NCBI RefSeq assembly: GCF_006345805.1
Contig: NC_043024.1
Span: 14,756,001-14,820,000 of the forward strand
DNA: 64,000 bases
From: Octopus sinensis
Taxonomy: Eukaryota
Reading direction: 5' to 3'
Shown: positions 48,733-60,320 of the stretch, one piece after another
Numbering within the stretch: position 1 is the first letter of the stretch
How the letters are laid out: every line of letters starts with the position of its first letter
The notes under the pieces: generated by a model
The model's input: only the letters and a program-made list of their open reading frames with translations
Databases searched by the model: none
What the model was told of the DNA's origin: nothing
Program-made: the position numbers and the translations under genes

Positions 48733-48783
48733 TTTGTCAGTGAACAGGTCACGGTCTCAAAGTGACGAAAATATTTTGACAAA
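48733..48783 (+). ncRNA. Type I hammerhead motif, G3-C8 variant, stem II GTCAC/GTGAC
   Basis: TTTGTCA GTGAACA G GTCAC ggtctcaaa GTGAC GAA AATATT T TGACAAA. Confidence 0.72.
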
Positions 48784-49025
48784 TTAAATTCAAATGTTAA
48801 GTGAATCTAACGGTTTTTCTGTGTTTCTTAAATGCCTTACAAACACCTTCCATGCTGCAATTGTTTTCGTTCCAGCACACGATCTCAGATCAAGTCACTC
48901 GCTATGCAAGTACATCTCCAAAATTCATATTTGGTGATGCAATAATAAAATCATTAAAAATTAAATATTGTTGTTGGTAAATAGTTCCAATGTCTTTCAC
49001 TTACTGCTTTTTCTTTTCTTTCCAG

Positions 49026-49072
49026 TGTATGTAAAATGGGAGAAATATCTTGTCAGTCAGTATTAAAGGATT
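49026..49072 (+). CDS. 47-nt microexon: (C)VCKMGEISCQSVLKD(C)
   Basis: Acceptor ttttcttttctttccag, donor T|gtaagt; phase 2-1; not in ORF track. Confidence 0.88.
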
Positions 49073-49159
49073 GTAAGTAGATACAAAATTTTTCCACTCT
49101 TGTTATCTTTGTGTTGTACAGCATACATATATGAGAAAATTTTTGCGTGTGTGTGTACT

Positions 49160-49383
49160 TACTTGTACTTGTACTTGTACTTGTGGCGACATTCCCCCTG
49201 GGCGGGTTGAGTCGGCTTCTTCTACCACCCTCGAGGCATTTCGAACCATGGCAGCGGAAGAAGTTTCGTGAGAATATGAATTTCACAAGCGGTCCCCAAC
49301 AATCCCACATGTAGAGACATCCTGTTTGCCGCAGGTTGTCCGCAGACACAGGGACAGAACGACCTAGGAGCCGCTGGTTGCCG
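49160..49383 (-). mobile_element. RTE-like LINE 3' end with (CAAGTA)n tail
   Basis: AAMVRNASRVVEEADSTRPGGMSPQVQVQV. Confidence 0.5.
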
Positions 49384-49757
49384 AAACAGACACTCCAAGG
49401 ATTTTCACCAGAGCCCCATCTGCCAGGTTGTGGCCCTAATACCACTCGGTATCAGACCAATCCACCTTGGGTGGCCCTACCAGGAACCGAAGTTCCCGAC
49501 GGCATAGCTCTGGCACTACCCGTTGCCAGCGTCCCCACCACGGTGAGGAGGGGATGGACTTTGGGGACGCAAACAGACACTCCAAGGATTTTCACCAGAG
49601 CCCCGTCTGCCGGGTTGTGGCCCTAATACCACTCGGTGTCAGACCAATCCGCCTTGGGTTGCCCTACCAGGAACCGAAGTTCCCGACGGCATAGCTCTGA
49701 CACTACCCATTGCCAGCGTCCCCACCACGGCGAGGAGGGGATGGACTTTGGGGACGC
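49384..49757. repeat. 187-bp GC-rich tandem duplication (2 copies)
   Basis: aaacagacactccaagg begins at 49384 and at 49571. Confidence 0.9.
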
Positions 49758-49995
49758 TAATGTGGGTGTGTTCTAATGTACAAACACACACACACACATG
49801 TGCATTCGCACACATACACATGTACACACTTGGCTACAGGTGTTGCTGTGTGGTGAAGATATTTGCTTCCCACCCACATGGTTTTAGGTTCAGTTCCCCC
49901 TGCATAGCAATTTTGACAAGTGTCCTCTACCATTATAACCCTGAGCCAACCAAAGCCTTGCAAGTGAATTTGGTATACAGAAACTGAAACCTTGG

Positions 49996-50221
49996 CAAGC
50001 TGGCAGAAACGTTAGTACACCGGACGAAATGCTTAGCGGTATTTCATCTGTCATTTCCTTCTGAGTTCAAATTCCGCCAAGGTCGCCTTTGCCTTTCATC
50101 CTTTCAGGGTCGATAAATTAAGTACCCGTTACACACTGGGGTCGATGTAATCGACTTAATCCTTTTGTCTGTCCTTGTTTGTCCCTTCTATGTTTAGCCT
50201 CTTGTGGGTAATAAAGAAATA
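49996..50221 (+). mobile_element. SINE family B inside a family A relic
   Basis: TSD agaaactgaa(a/c)ccttg. Confidence 0.8.
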
Positions 50222-50649
50222 AGAAACTGAACCCTTGTGTCTGTGCGTGTGTGTGTGTGTAATAATATTAGGGAATATGATTCCAAACTTACAGGGAAAA
50301 ATTCAATTTAGTAATGCTAAATCAAATTTCACAATATATAATACAAGTATATAAATTAGAGAAGAACAACCATGTAGCAATTCAACAATGATATACTTAA
50401 ATCATACCATATAGAAAAAATTAAAGATACGATAAAACATTTACCTAAAACTAAATAAAGTACTAAATAATAAATAAATAGTATATAATTAGTATATAAT
50501 GTATTAATTATTATTTAGTAATTTATTTAGTTTTAGGTAAATGTTTTATCGTATCTTTAATTTTTTTTTCTATATGGTATGATTTACGTATATCATTGTT
50601 GAATTGCTTCATGATGGTTCTTCTCTAATTTATATAGATACATATAGAA

Positions 50650-50772
50650 ACATTGCCAGATAAGACTGGAGCCTGGTGCAGCCTTCTGGCTTCCCAGATC
50701 CCCGGTCGAACCGTCCAACCCATGCTAGCATGGAGAACGGACGTTAAACGATGATGATGATGATGATGATGA
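50650..50772 (+). mobile_element. RTE 3' tail copy (short)
   Basis: ggagcctggtgcagcc...ggacgttaaac(gat)n. Confidence 0.7.
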
Positions 50773-50779
50773 TATGCAT

Positions 50780-51155
50780 AGGCATGGCTGTGTGGTAAGA
50801 AGCTTGCTTCCCCACTGCATAGTTCTGGGTTCAGTCCTATGGCATAGCCTCAGGCAGACCAAAGCCTTGTGAGTGGATTTGGTAGATGGAAACTGAAAGA
50901 AGACTGTCATATATATGAATATGTGTATGTGTATATGTGTATGCATGTTTGTGTGTCTGTGTTTGTACCCCCCCCCCCACATCGCTTGACAACCGATGCT
51001 GGTGTATTTATGTCCCTGTAACTTAGCAGTTTGGCAAAAGAGACCAATAGAATAAGTATTCGGCTTACAAAGAATAAGTCTTGGGGTCGATGTGCTCGAC
51101 TAAAGGCGGTGCTCCAGCATTGCCACAGTCAAATGACTGAAAAGAATAAAAGAAT
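50780..51155 (+). mobile_element. SINE family A (internal deletion)
   Basis: Match to the family. Confidence 0.8.
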
Positions 51156-51269
51156 AATATCAAATGTCATATGAAAGAATTTTAAAATTGATATTGTTTT
51201 CGTTATTTCTTTCACTTATTTATCTAAAGATGTCTTTTAATTTACCTTTAATAACCTGTCTTTTAAAAG

Positions 51270-51345
51270 GTTGTCACTACACTGATTGGACAAGCTGGGG
51301 ATCATGCAGTAAATCATGTGGCGCCGGAAAGCAAACAAGATATCG
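51270..51345 (+). CDS. TSP1 first half: CHYTDWTSWGSCSKSCGAGKQTRY(R)
   Basis: Acceptor gtcttttaaaag, donor CG|gtaaga; 76 nt; phase 1-2. Confidence 0.88.
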
Positions 51346-51755
51346 GTAAGAAATGTTTAACAGTTGAAATATCAAGTATAAAATGATGGAGTAAGATCTC
51401 AGATAAGGATTATTTAGTAAAATCACACAGTTTATGCTTGTTAAGGTTACCTCCGCAGATTTTCTGTAGGAAATCTCTAGAGATAACCTTACTCTTTTAC
51501 TTGAAGTTCTTGAGAGATTTCAGGCTGGTTACTAACAAAGCAACAAGACTTTCTGAGTTAAGAGTGGTCCCAGTATTTGTAAATATGTAGTTGAGTTGGT
51601 TGAAGTATTGATACATATACCCAAATGTGTGCATCTATTCACATAAGAATCTCAGGTGGGGAATTTTCGAAATGTCTTAGAAATCAGTGCCACTGATAGA
51701 TTGGATTTGAAGAATTCACATTGGTTTCTTTTGCTCTTTCTCTGTGAAACCAAAT

Positions 51756-51816
<61 letters not shown>

Positions 51817-51832
51817 AGCATGCATACATGTA

Positions 51833-52900
51833 CCGTAAATCCTCGAGTATAGTCTGCATTTTTTTCCCAAAATTTAATGGTCAAAATCCCCAGTGCGTAC
51901 TATATACAAGGTTAAAAATGTAAAATATTTTCTAAACAATGTCCGAGTCTCTATTTGCTGACCGGCAGTGTTTATTCAGACGCATTTTGTGATATCGGGT
52001 GCGAAAATACCGTAAGCTAAGCCTGAAAGCAATGAAGTCATAAAAGAATCATCCATAACTTGCAGTAAGCAACATTTATTAAAATAAAAGTATTCAGAAC
52101 ACAGAATAACATGTAACAAAAACAATTTGCAAACATATTTACATTCCCATATAACAGTTAAGAACATCACCATTGTTGTATTACGCATGCGCGGAAGTGT
52201 TTGTTCGATTAGGTGCTGCTGGCTTAATTACGCACGAATTGTGCTTAATAGTTTAGCGCTAAATAGTTCATCCTGCAGTTTGTAATGCCAGTTTGCATCA
52301 TTACTGTAGCAAACAATTAATAATTAAAAACCAGTATTAAATGTTTGAACTACTGTGGGTCTTTACTAAGGTTTTTTCATCAGAAGCACTCCATCGGTTA
52401 CGACAATGAGGGTTCCGGTTGATCCGACCAAAGGAACAGCCTGCTCGTGAAATTAACGTGTAAGTGGCTGAGCACTCCACAGACACGTGTACCCTCAACG
52501 TAGTTCTCAGGGATATTCAGCGTGACACAGAGAGTGACAAGGCTGGCCCTTTGAAATACAGGTACAGCAGAAACAGGAAGAAAGAGTGAGAGAAAGTTGT
52601 GGTGAAAGAGTACAGCAGCAGGGATCACCACCATCCCCTGCCGGAGCCTCGTGCAGCTTTAGGTGTTTTCGCTCAATAAACACTCACAACGCCCGGTCTG
52701 GGAATCGAAACCACGATCCTACGACCGCGAGTCCGCTACCCTAACCACTGGGCCATTGCACCTCCACTAAGGGTTTTTTTATATGCAAGACTTAAACCTG
52801 TACATTAATCTCCAATAAAACATTTTATACATTACATGCCCATAAAATGCCTCGTAGATTTTATCATACTCAAGGGCGGACTATACTCGAGGATTTACGG
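51833..52900. mobile_element. pogo/Tigger-like non-autonomous element with nested SINE
   Basis: 22-bp TIR ccgtaaatcctcgagtatagtc; TA TSD both sides. Confidence 0.85.
52383..52765 (-). mobile_element. SINE family C, tail type 1, inside the pogo-like element
   Basis: Approximate TSD actaagg(g)tttttt. Confidence 0.85.
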
Positions 52901-52958
52901 TAAACAATGATATTTGAATTTGATTTTCACTGTTTTGTATTTTTCTTTTCAATTGTAG

Positions 52959-53108
52959 AAAACTGGTTTCAAGTAATTCTAACTGTACATCAGAGCAAAT
53001 GAAAGAATCTCAGGACTGCATCTTAGCCGCCTGTCCATTTGATTGTGTTCTGGATGGTGCCGGTTACCATGAAGGTAGTATTATAAGAGAAACAGTCTGT
53101 GAAGAATG
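52959..53108 (+). CDS. TSP1 second half plus VWC-like start: KLVSSNSNC...DCILAACPFDCVLDG...VCEE(C)
   Basis: Acceptor ttttcaattgtag, donor TG|gtaagt; 150 nt; phase 2-2; not in ORF track. Confidence 0.88.
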
Positions 53109-53184
53109 GTAAGTTTGTTTCCAACTGACTAAGGATCTCTTGTGGGTCAAATACTTTGGTGGTCATTGTTGTTTAGTTTAGCTC

Positions 53185-53601
53185 TCTTTACTCTTTACTC
53201 TTTTACTTGTTTCAGTCATTTGACTGTGGCCATGCTGGAGCACCGCCTTTAGTCGAGCAAATCGACCCCGGGACTTATTCTTTGTAAGCCCAGTACTTAT
53301 TCTATCGGTCTCTTTTGCCGAACCGCTAAGTGACGGGGATGTAAACACACCAGCATCGGTTGTCAAGCAATGCTAGAGGGACAAACACAGACACACAAAC
53401 ATATACATACACATACATACATATATATACATATATACGACAGGCTTCTTTCAGTTTCCGTCTACCAAATCCACTCACAAGGCATTGGTCGGCCCGAGGC
53501 TGTAGCAGAAGACACTTGCCCAAGGTGCCACGCAGTGGGACTGAACCCGGAACCATGTGGTTGGTAGGCAAGCTACTTACCACACAGCCACTCCTGCGCC
53601 T
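53185..53601 (-). mobile_element. SINE family A
   Basis: Full-length match. Confidence 0.85.
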
Positions 53602-54216
53602 ATGTCAATCTTTTAAGCTGATCCATAATCAAAACATCCTGGCTGTGATCATCCTATCATTTTTATGGTATATCTATGACTGCATGATCCAAACTGTACT
53701 GTCTTTATCTAAGACAGCAGGATGTGATTTTAGTGAGTGTCAGCTGCTATTTCTAGTAGGATGAGTCACCATATAGAAGCTTCTTCGTTGGTACACCAAA
53801 TACTTTATTTAAGACGCTTGGGACCTCTCACTTGTAATATATTTTCAATATTTTAACAAGCAGAGAGAAACACTCAACTCTACCCCTTCTCTCATCCCTA
53901 TCAACATAACTCTCTTGTTCATTTCAAGGCATAAGGGACATCATTAGATGAATGCACTCCCTTACATTCTACTTCCTACACTCTCACTATTTGGTTGGCT
54001 GGTGTTGACAGTCATCGTTCACTCTCCCCATTTACACACTATCTTGCTGATACTGCAATAAAATGTCCCCCAATAATACAATATTCTTACATGACACTGC
54101 AATGACTAAATTCTAGAAGAGAAAGAGATTCTTGCTCATATTTTCTAGCACACTAAAGAATCTCAAAACAGTGTTTAATGATATTATGATGTTACAAATA
54201 AATCATCTTATTTAAC

Positions 54217-54604
54217 ACTAGCAGTATCACCCGGCGTTGCTCAGGTTTGTAAGGGAAATAACTATAAAGCATTTTTAGAGAGTTATAGCCAAAAAATAGC
54301 AAAAAAATGGAAAAAAAATTATGGTAAATTTTTTTTTGAGAGTTAAAAAAGGTGGAGTTGCGTCCCCTAGACAGTTTGCGGTTTGTGTTTCTGATTCTCG
54401 ACCCCATGTCGAATTTATCGATTTTTTTCAGAACTGGGGGAACTTTTCAAAATTTTCGCTGCGTTAGTTTTGAATTATGACATTGGGCTATGTGTGTGTC
54501 AAGTTTCATCAGAATCGGTTGAAAGCCGTGGTCAGGGTGAGGGTACAACCAAACAGACACACAGAAACACACACAGACAAACTGCCGTTTATATAGAGAG
54601 AGAT
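54217..54604 (+). mobile_element. Non-autonomous Helitron/HINE-like element
   Basis: Starts actagcagtatcacccggcgttgctc; ends with (acag/acac)n and tttatatagagagagat; no TSD seen. Confidence 0.55.
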
Positions 54605-54712
54605 ATATCGCTAACTGTATTTCTTAACAGTCAGTATCTAGTTTCTTGGCTCCATAACAATTCATTCAGATTATTATGAATATGTTTTGTTATGTTTATG
54701 CATTACTATTTG

Positions 54713-55032
54713 TGAAGGCGCATGGCTCAGTGGTTAGAGCATTGAGCTAACAATCGTGAGGTTGTGAGCTTGAATCCTGGACCGGGCTGCATGTTGTGCT
54801 CTTGAGCAAGACACTTTATTTCACATAGCCCCAGTTCACTCAGCTGTAGAAATGAGTTGCAACATCACTGGTACCAAGCTGTATCGGCCCCTTTTGCTTT
54901 CCCTTGGATAACACTGGTGGCATGGAGATAACACTGCTGGTCTTCCATAAACAATCTTGCCCGGACTTGTGCCTCGGAGGGTAACTTCCTAGGTACAATC
55001 CCTTGGTCATTCATGACCGAAGGGGGTCTCCC
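54713..55032 (+). mobile_element. SINE family D
   Basis: 12-bp TSD cattactatttg. Confidence 0.85.
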
Positions 55033-56224
55033 AATACATTACTATTTGCTGATTAAATTAAACACAGCAGTGTATATTTTTATTATCATTTAATATCCAT
55101 CTTCCATGCTGGTATAGGTTGGATAGTTTGATCAGATCTAGAGGCCTGCATTCAGTTCCAGTGTCTGCTTTGAAATGCTTTTTACGGCTGGAAGGCTTTC
55201 CTAATACAAAACACTTTGCAGAGTGTAATGGATGCTTTTTGCATGGCACAATTGAGTGTAAAAGGAAAGTAACAGGGGCTAGAAATGGGGATAGGGGTGA
55301 GTGCAATGAATGAGGAATGCAGATGGAAATATGGTCAAAGAGAATCTGGATTTTGGAGGGGGAAAAGGGGGAGGAAATAGATGTGAAGAAGAGGTGATAA
55401 GTGATAGCACAAGTAGGAGAGTGTGGAGAGCCACAGTACCATAGATCGATGAGAAATAGGGAGATTCTGTTGAGAGGTGAGAGAATGACAAAGATGGAGG
55501 TCAGAGATATGTGGGGGTGGCATTAGCAGGAGAGTGGCAATAAGGCAGCAAGCTGGTAGAATTGTTAGTACGCCGGGCAAAATGCTCAGTGGTAATTTGT
55601 CTGTCTTTGTTTGTCCCCTCTATGTTTAGCCCCTCATAAAGAAATAAGGAGAGTGACAATTATAAATATAAGTGGGTGTTCAGGGGAAAAGAGAATTCAG
55701 TATGCTAATGGATGATAGCAAGGATGCAGAATGAGTGACAGGAGAAAGTGATTCAAATTACATATTCTTCAGTTTGGAATTATTTCGTTTTTGGATTTGG
55801 TTTACAAGATTCTTTATGTGAGTTCGTATGTTGAAGCATATTCTGTTGTGTCTGGGGAGAGTCATTTTTTACTTTTTGTGCCTTATAATTTAATACACTC
55901 ACCGGTAAAATATTCACTTTAGGAAAATAAAAATAAAATTAGGAAATAAGTGGTAATTTTACCAGTGAGTGTGTTATAAGGCACAAAAAGAAAATTACTC
56001 TCCCCAGACACAATCAGTTTGGAATATTTTTCATAATTTATGTGAGACACCTGTACTGATTATTAAATATTTTTTTACAATTTAGTTTTCCCCTAATTCC
56101 AGCCCAACTACCTGGAACAGCTATTTTACTTTGAAAATATTTTAAATGTGATTTAGGGCTTTGAGAAAATAACCTATTTTACCTTTTTAATGCCCAATAT
56201 ACTATTTCTGTGATAACTTTTCAG

Positions 56225-56274
56225 CCAGTGTCATAACTTCAAAGAAGTATGTTCCCCAAAATTAACAACAAATG
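56225..56274 (+). CDS. 50-nt microexon: (C)QCHNFKEVCSPKLTTN(V)
   Basis: Acceptor ataacttttcag, donor G|gtaaga; phase 2-1; joins to give CEECQC and VNGGW; not in ORF track. Confidence 0.8.
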
Positions 56275-56522
56275 GTAAGATTCACTTCAAACTGATTATT
56301 CTTTATATATTTATATTTTCTGGTGATTTGATTTAAAGTGTTTACGTATTATATGAAATATTACTAAGACTTCAACAACCCTCTGCTCTGCTAATTGAGC
56401 CTAAAAAGAAATAAATAGAAATCATTATTATTATTATTAAAAATGAAAAGAAATGGTAATATAAGAAATATTTCAATCATTCCTTGATTGTCTTTAGCTT
56501 GGTAATATCTGTGGAAATAGAT

Positions 56523-57157
56523 AAAGGCAGCGAACTGGCAGAAATGTCAGCACACGGGGCGAAGTGCTTAGCAGTATTACATCTGTCTTTACATTCTGAG
56601 TTCAAATTCCGCCAAGGTTGACTTTACCTTTCATCCTTTCAGCATCGATAGATTAAGTACCAGTTGCATACTGGGGTCGATCTAATTGACTGGCCCCCAC
56701 TCCCTAAAAATTTCAGGCCTTGTGCCTAGAGTAGAAAAGAATATGTGTGGAAATAGATAAAGGAGTGAGCTGGCAGAATCGTTAGCACGGCGGGTGAAAT
56801 GCTTAGCAGTATTTCGTCTGCCGCTACGTTCTGAGTTCAACTTTACCTTTCATCCTTTCGGGGTCGATTAAATAAGTACCAGCCACTGGGGTTGATATAA
56901 TTGACTTAATCCTTTTGTCTGTCCTTGTTTGTCCTCTCTGTGTTTAGCCCCTTGTGGGTAGTAAAGAAATTGGTATTTCGTCTGCCATTACGTTCTGAGT
57001 TCAAATTCCGTCGAGGTTGACTTTGCCTTTCATCCTTTCGGGGTCGATAAATTAAGTACCAGTTATGCACTGGGGTCAATGTAATCGACTTAATCCGTTT
57101 GTCTGTCTTTGTTTGTCCCCTCTGTGTTTGGCCCCTTGTGGGCAATAAAGAAATAAG
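56523..57157 (+). mobile_element. Cluster of SINE family B copies
   Basis: Heads at ~56523 and ~56760; the second has tandem bodies. Confidence 0.8.
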
Positions 57158-57775
57158 GAAATAGTTCAACCGAAGATGAACAAAGAACAAGCAGTTAAAA
57201 GTGTGGGAAACAACATAGAGAAAGGGGAGATTAGCTTAAAAGATTGAAATTTAGTAGCTAATAATCAAGATCTCTCCACTTTAATCTCATCTGATTTATA
57301 TTAACTTTGGCCTGGAGCAACTGGAACAGCCCACATAAAATATTGGTTTTAAATTATGGTACAATGCCAGCACTTTCAGGGGAGGGGCTGGGTCAATTAC
57401 ACCAATTCCAGTGCTCAGCTTGTATTTATTTTATTGACCCTGAATGGATGAATGGCAAAGTTGACCTCAGCAGAATCTGAACTCAGAACATAAAAACGGA
57501 TGAAATGCCACTAAGCATTTTTCTGAGCTTGCGAACAATTCTTCATACTTGCCAACTTGGGAATACTAGCTACATTGCTCAAGAGATCTACATTTGGAGA
57601 AACAGCATCAGCAGATTTTCGCATCTTAACAGTTGATGAAACCACAGCATGCGTCAAGAAATATCTCATTTGGTACCTAGGGTTCTGAAGATTGCACTAA
57701 AACATGCTAACATAATTTTATTTGAATAGACTGTGCCAAAATTATCTTGAAACAATTTCATTTTTACATTTTCAT

Positions 57776-57958
57776 AGGCGCAGGAGTGGCTGTGTGATAA
57801 GTAGCTTGTTTACCAACCACATGGTTCCGGGTTCAGTCCCACTGCGTGGCACCTTGGTAAAGTGTCTTCTACTATAGCCTCGGGCCGACCAAAGCCTTGT
57901 GAGTGGATTTGGAGTGGATTTGGTAGATGGAAACTGAAAGAAGCCCATCGTCTATATG

Positions 57959-57989
<31 letters not shown>

Positions 57990-58205
57990 ATTTGTGTGTC
58001 TGTGTTTGTCCCTCCAACATCGCTTGACGACCGATGCTGGTGTGTTTACATCCCCGTAACTTAGCGGTTCGGCAAAAGAGACCGATATAATAAGTACTAG
58101 GCTTACAAAGAATAAGTCCTGGGGTCGATTTGCTCGACTAAACGCGGTGCTCCAGCATGGCCACAGTCAAATGACTGAAACAAGTAAAAGAGTAAAAGAG
58201 TAAAG
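57776..58205 (+). mobile_element. SINE family A
   Basis: Full-length match. Confidence 0.85.
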
Positions 58206-58497
58206 AGAGTCTATTCAAATAAAATTATATTACCATGTTTTAGTTCAGTCTTCTGATCTTCATCATGAATTGCATTGTAGCTTCAAGATTTTTATGATGT
58301 GATTGTTTATTTTTAGAATGTCATTGTGGGGTAGGGGTGAGAGGCCAGAGAGGGCTAGTTTGAAACTACAACAGGTAGAATGTTTTGAGTGGTTTATATG
58401 CTAAAGGGTTAATGTTTATGCATTCATACTAATCAGAGAAGTGTGTCTTCTATTCAGCTCAACCTCATAGCATTTACACTATTTATGGAACCCAGTT

Positions 58498-58850
58498 ACA
58501 TCATCATCATCATCATCATCATTTAGCGTCCGCTCTCCATGCTAGCATGGGTTGGACGGTTCAACTGGGGTCTGGGAAGCCGGAAGGCTGCACCAGGCCC
58601 AGTCTGATCTGGCAGTGTTTCTACAGCTGGATGCCCTTCCTAACGCCAACCACTCTGTGAGTGTAATGGGTGCTTTTTACGTGCCACCTGCACAGGTGCC
58701 AGACGAAGCTGGCAAACGGCCACAATCGGATGGTGCTTTTTACGTGCCACCAGCACGGAGGCCAGTCGGGGCAGCGCTAGCAACGGCCACGTTCGGACGG
58801 TTCTCTTACGTGCCACCGGCACTAGTATCTCAGCTACAATTTCCATTGAT
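58498..58850 (-). mobile_element. RTE 3' UTR / (GAT)n tail copy
   Basis: Reverse-complement match to 39050-39388. Confidence 0.75.
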
Positions 58851-58994
58851 GTTGAGAGATGAATTCATACACATATGAAAAAACATGAAAACGCACTGTA
58901 AATTCCTGTGTGATTTGATGTAAGGGAATGAGAAGTCCTGCTATTTAAGAGAACATGTATACAAGGGGGTACTGAAAAGGTCCTGGCTTTAAGG

Positions 58995-59478
58995 GTGTGG
59001 AGAGGGCAGGCCGGTATGCATGGGCGACTGCTGGCCTTCCATAAACAACCTTGCCCGGACTTGTGCCTCGGAGGGTAACTTTCTAGGTACAATCTCTTGG
59101 TCATTCATGACCAAAGAGGGTCTCCCAATACATTACTATTTGTGAAGGCGCATGGCTCAGTGGTTAGAGCATCGAGCTAACAATCGTGAGGTTGTGAGCT
59201 CGAATCCTGAACTGGGCTGCGTGTTGTGCTCTTGAGCAAGACACTTTATTTCACATAGCCCCAGTTCACTCAGCTGTAGAAATGAGTTGCAACATCACTG
59301 GTACCAAGCTGTATCGGTCCCTTTTGCTTTTCCTTGGATAACACTGGTGGCATGGAGAGGAGGCCTGTATGCATGGGCAACTGCTGGTCTTCCATAAACA
59401 ACCTTGCCCGGACTTGTGCCTCGGAGGGTAACTTCCTAGGTACAAACCCTTGGTCATTCATGACCGAAGGGGGTCTCC
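58995..59478 (+). mobile_element. SINE family D: 3' fragment, TSD, then full copy
   Basis: Same TSD and downstream flank as the 54713 copy. Confidence 0.85.
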
Positions 59479-59643
59479 CAATACATTACTATTTGCTGAT
59501 TAAATTAAACACAGCAGTGTATATTTTTATTATCATTTAATATCCATCTTCCATGCTGGTATAGGTTGGATAGTTTGATCAGATCTAGAGGCCTGCATTC
59601 AGTTCCAGTGTCTGCTTTGATATGGTTGGAGGCCCAACCATAC

Positions 59644-60058
59644 TCTTTACTCTTTTACTTGTTTCAGTCATTTGACTGCAGCCATGCTGGAGCACCACCT
59701 TTAGTCGAGCAAATCGACCCCGGGACTTATTCTTTGTAAGCCCAGTACTTATTCTATCGGTCTCTTTTGTCGAACCGCTAAGTTACGCGGACGTAAACAC
59801 ACCAGCATCGGTTGTCAAGCAATGCTAGGTGGACAAACTCAGACACACAAACACACACACATACATTTATATATACATATATATATACATATATACGACA
59901 GGCTTCTTTCAGTTTCCGTCTACCAAATCCACTCACAAGGCATTGGTCGGCCCGGGGCTATAGCAGAAGACACTTGCCCAAGATGCCACACAGTGGGACT
60001 GAACCCGGAACCATGTGGTTGGTTAGCAAGCTACTTACCACACAGCCACTCCTGCGCC
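59644..60058 (-). mobile_element. SINE family A
   Basis: Full-length match. Confidence 0.85.
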
Positions 60059-60061
60059 AGA

Positions 60062-60210
60062 GTTTTTTTTTTTTACAAGGATTAGAAAAACTGAAGGACA
60101 GTTGTAATAAGTGTATGAATCTGAGAGGAGAATGTGTTGAATAAAATCATAATTAACTGATCCTCCTGAATTTTCTTTTACTCAAAGCCAGAAGCTTTTC
60201 AGCACCTTCC
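60062..60210 (+). mobile_element. Mariner 3' end fragment
   Basis: FFLQGLEKLKDSCNKCMNLRGECVE*, then TIR-like ccagaagcttttcagcacc. Confidence 0.5.
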
Positions 60211-60320
60211 CATATACGGCTGATTGGATCATATAAGTCTGTTTTGGGATGATCAGCTTTGACTGATTTTCATACAAAAGAGTTGCGGTAAACACATCTT
60301 TTATAAAAGAAATACATTAA

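Larger units (their letters stand above)
48404..48920. mobile_element. Penelope/retrozyme-like composite: one inverted and two tandem monomers, three HHR motifs
   Basis: 13-bp TSD aaattcatatttg (48391-48403, 48921-48933); inverted repeat 48401-48679. Confidence 0.65.

Noticed and set aside
49520-49770. Possible HDV-like ribozyme (9-bp stem followed by gctaa)
   Set aside because: I could not build P1/P2/P3; gctaa occurs only at the flank of one copy.
56225-56274. Partial similarity of the microexon to the inverted ~200-bp unit near 15510
   Set aside because: AT-rich gapped match; the exon keeps the Cys pattern and phase of its two paralogues, so a repeat origin is unlikely.
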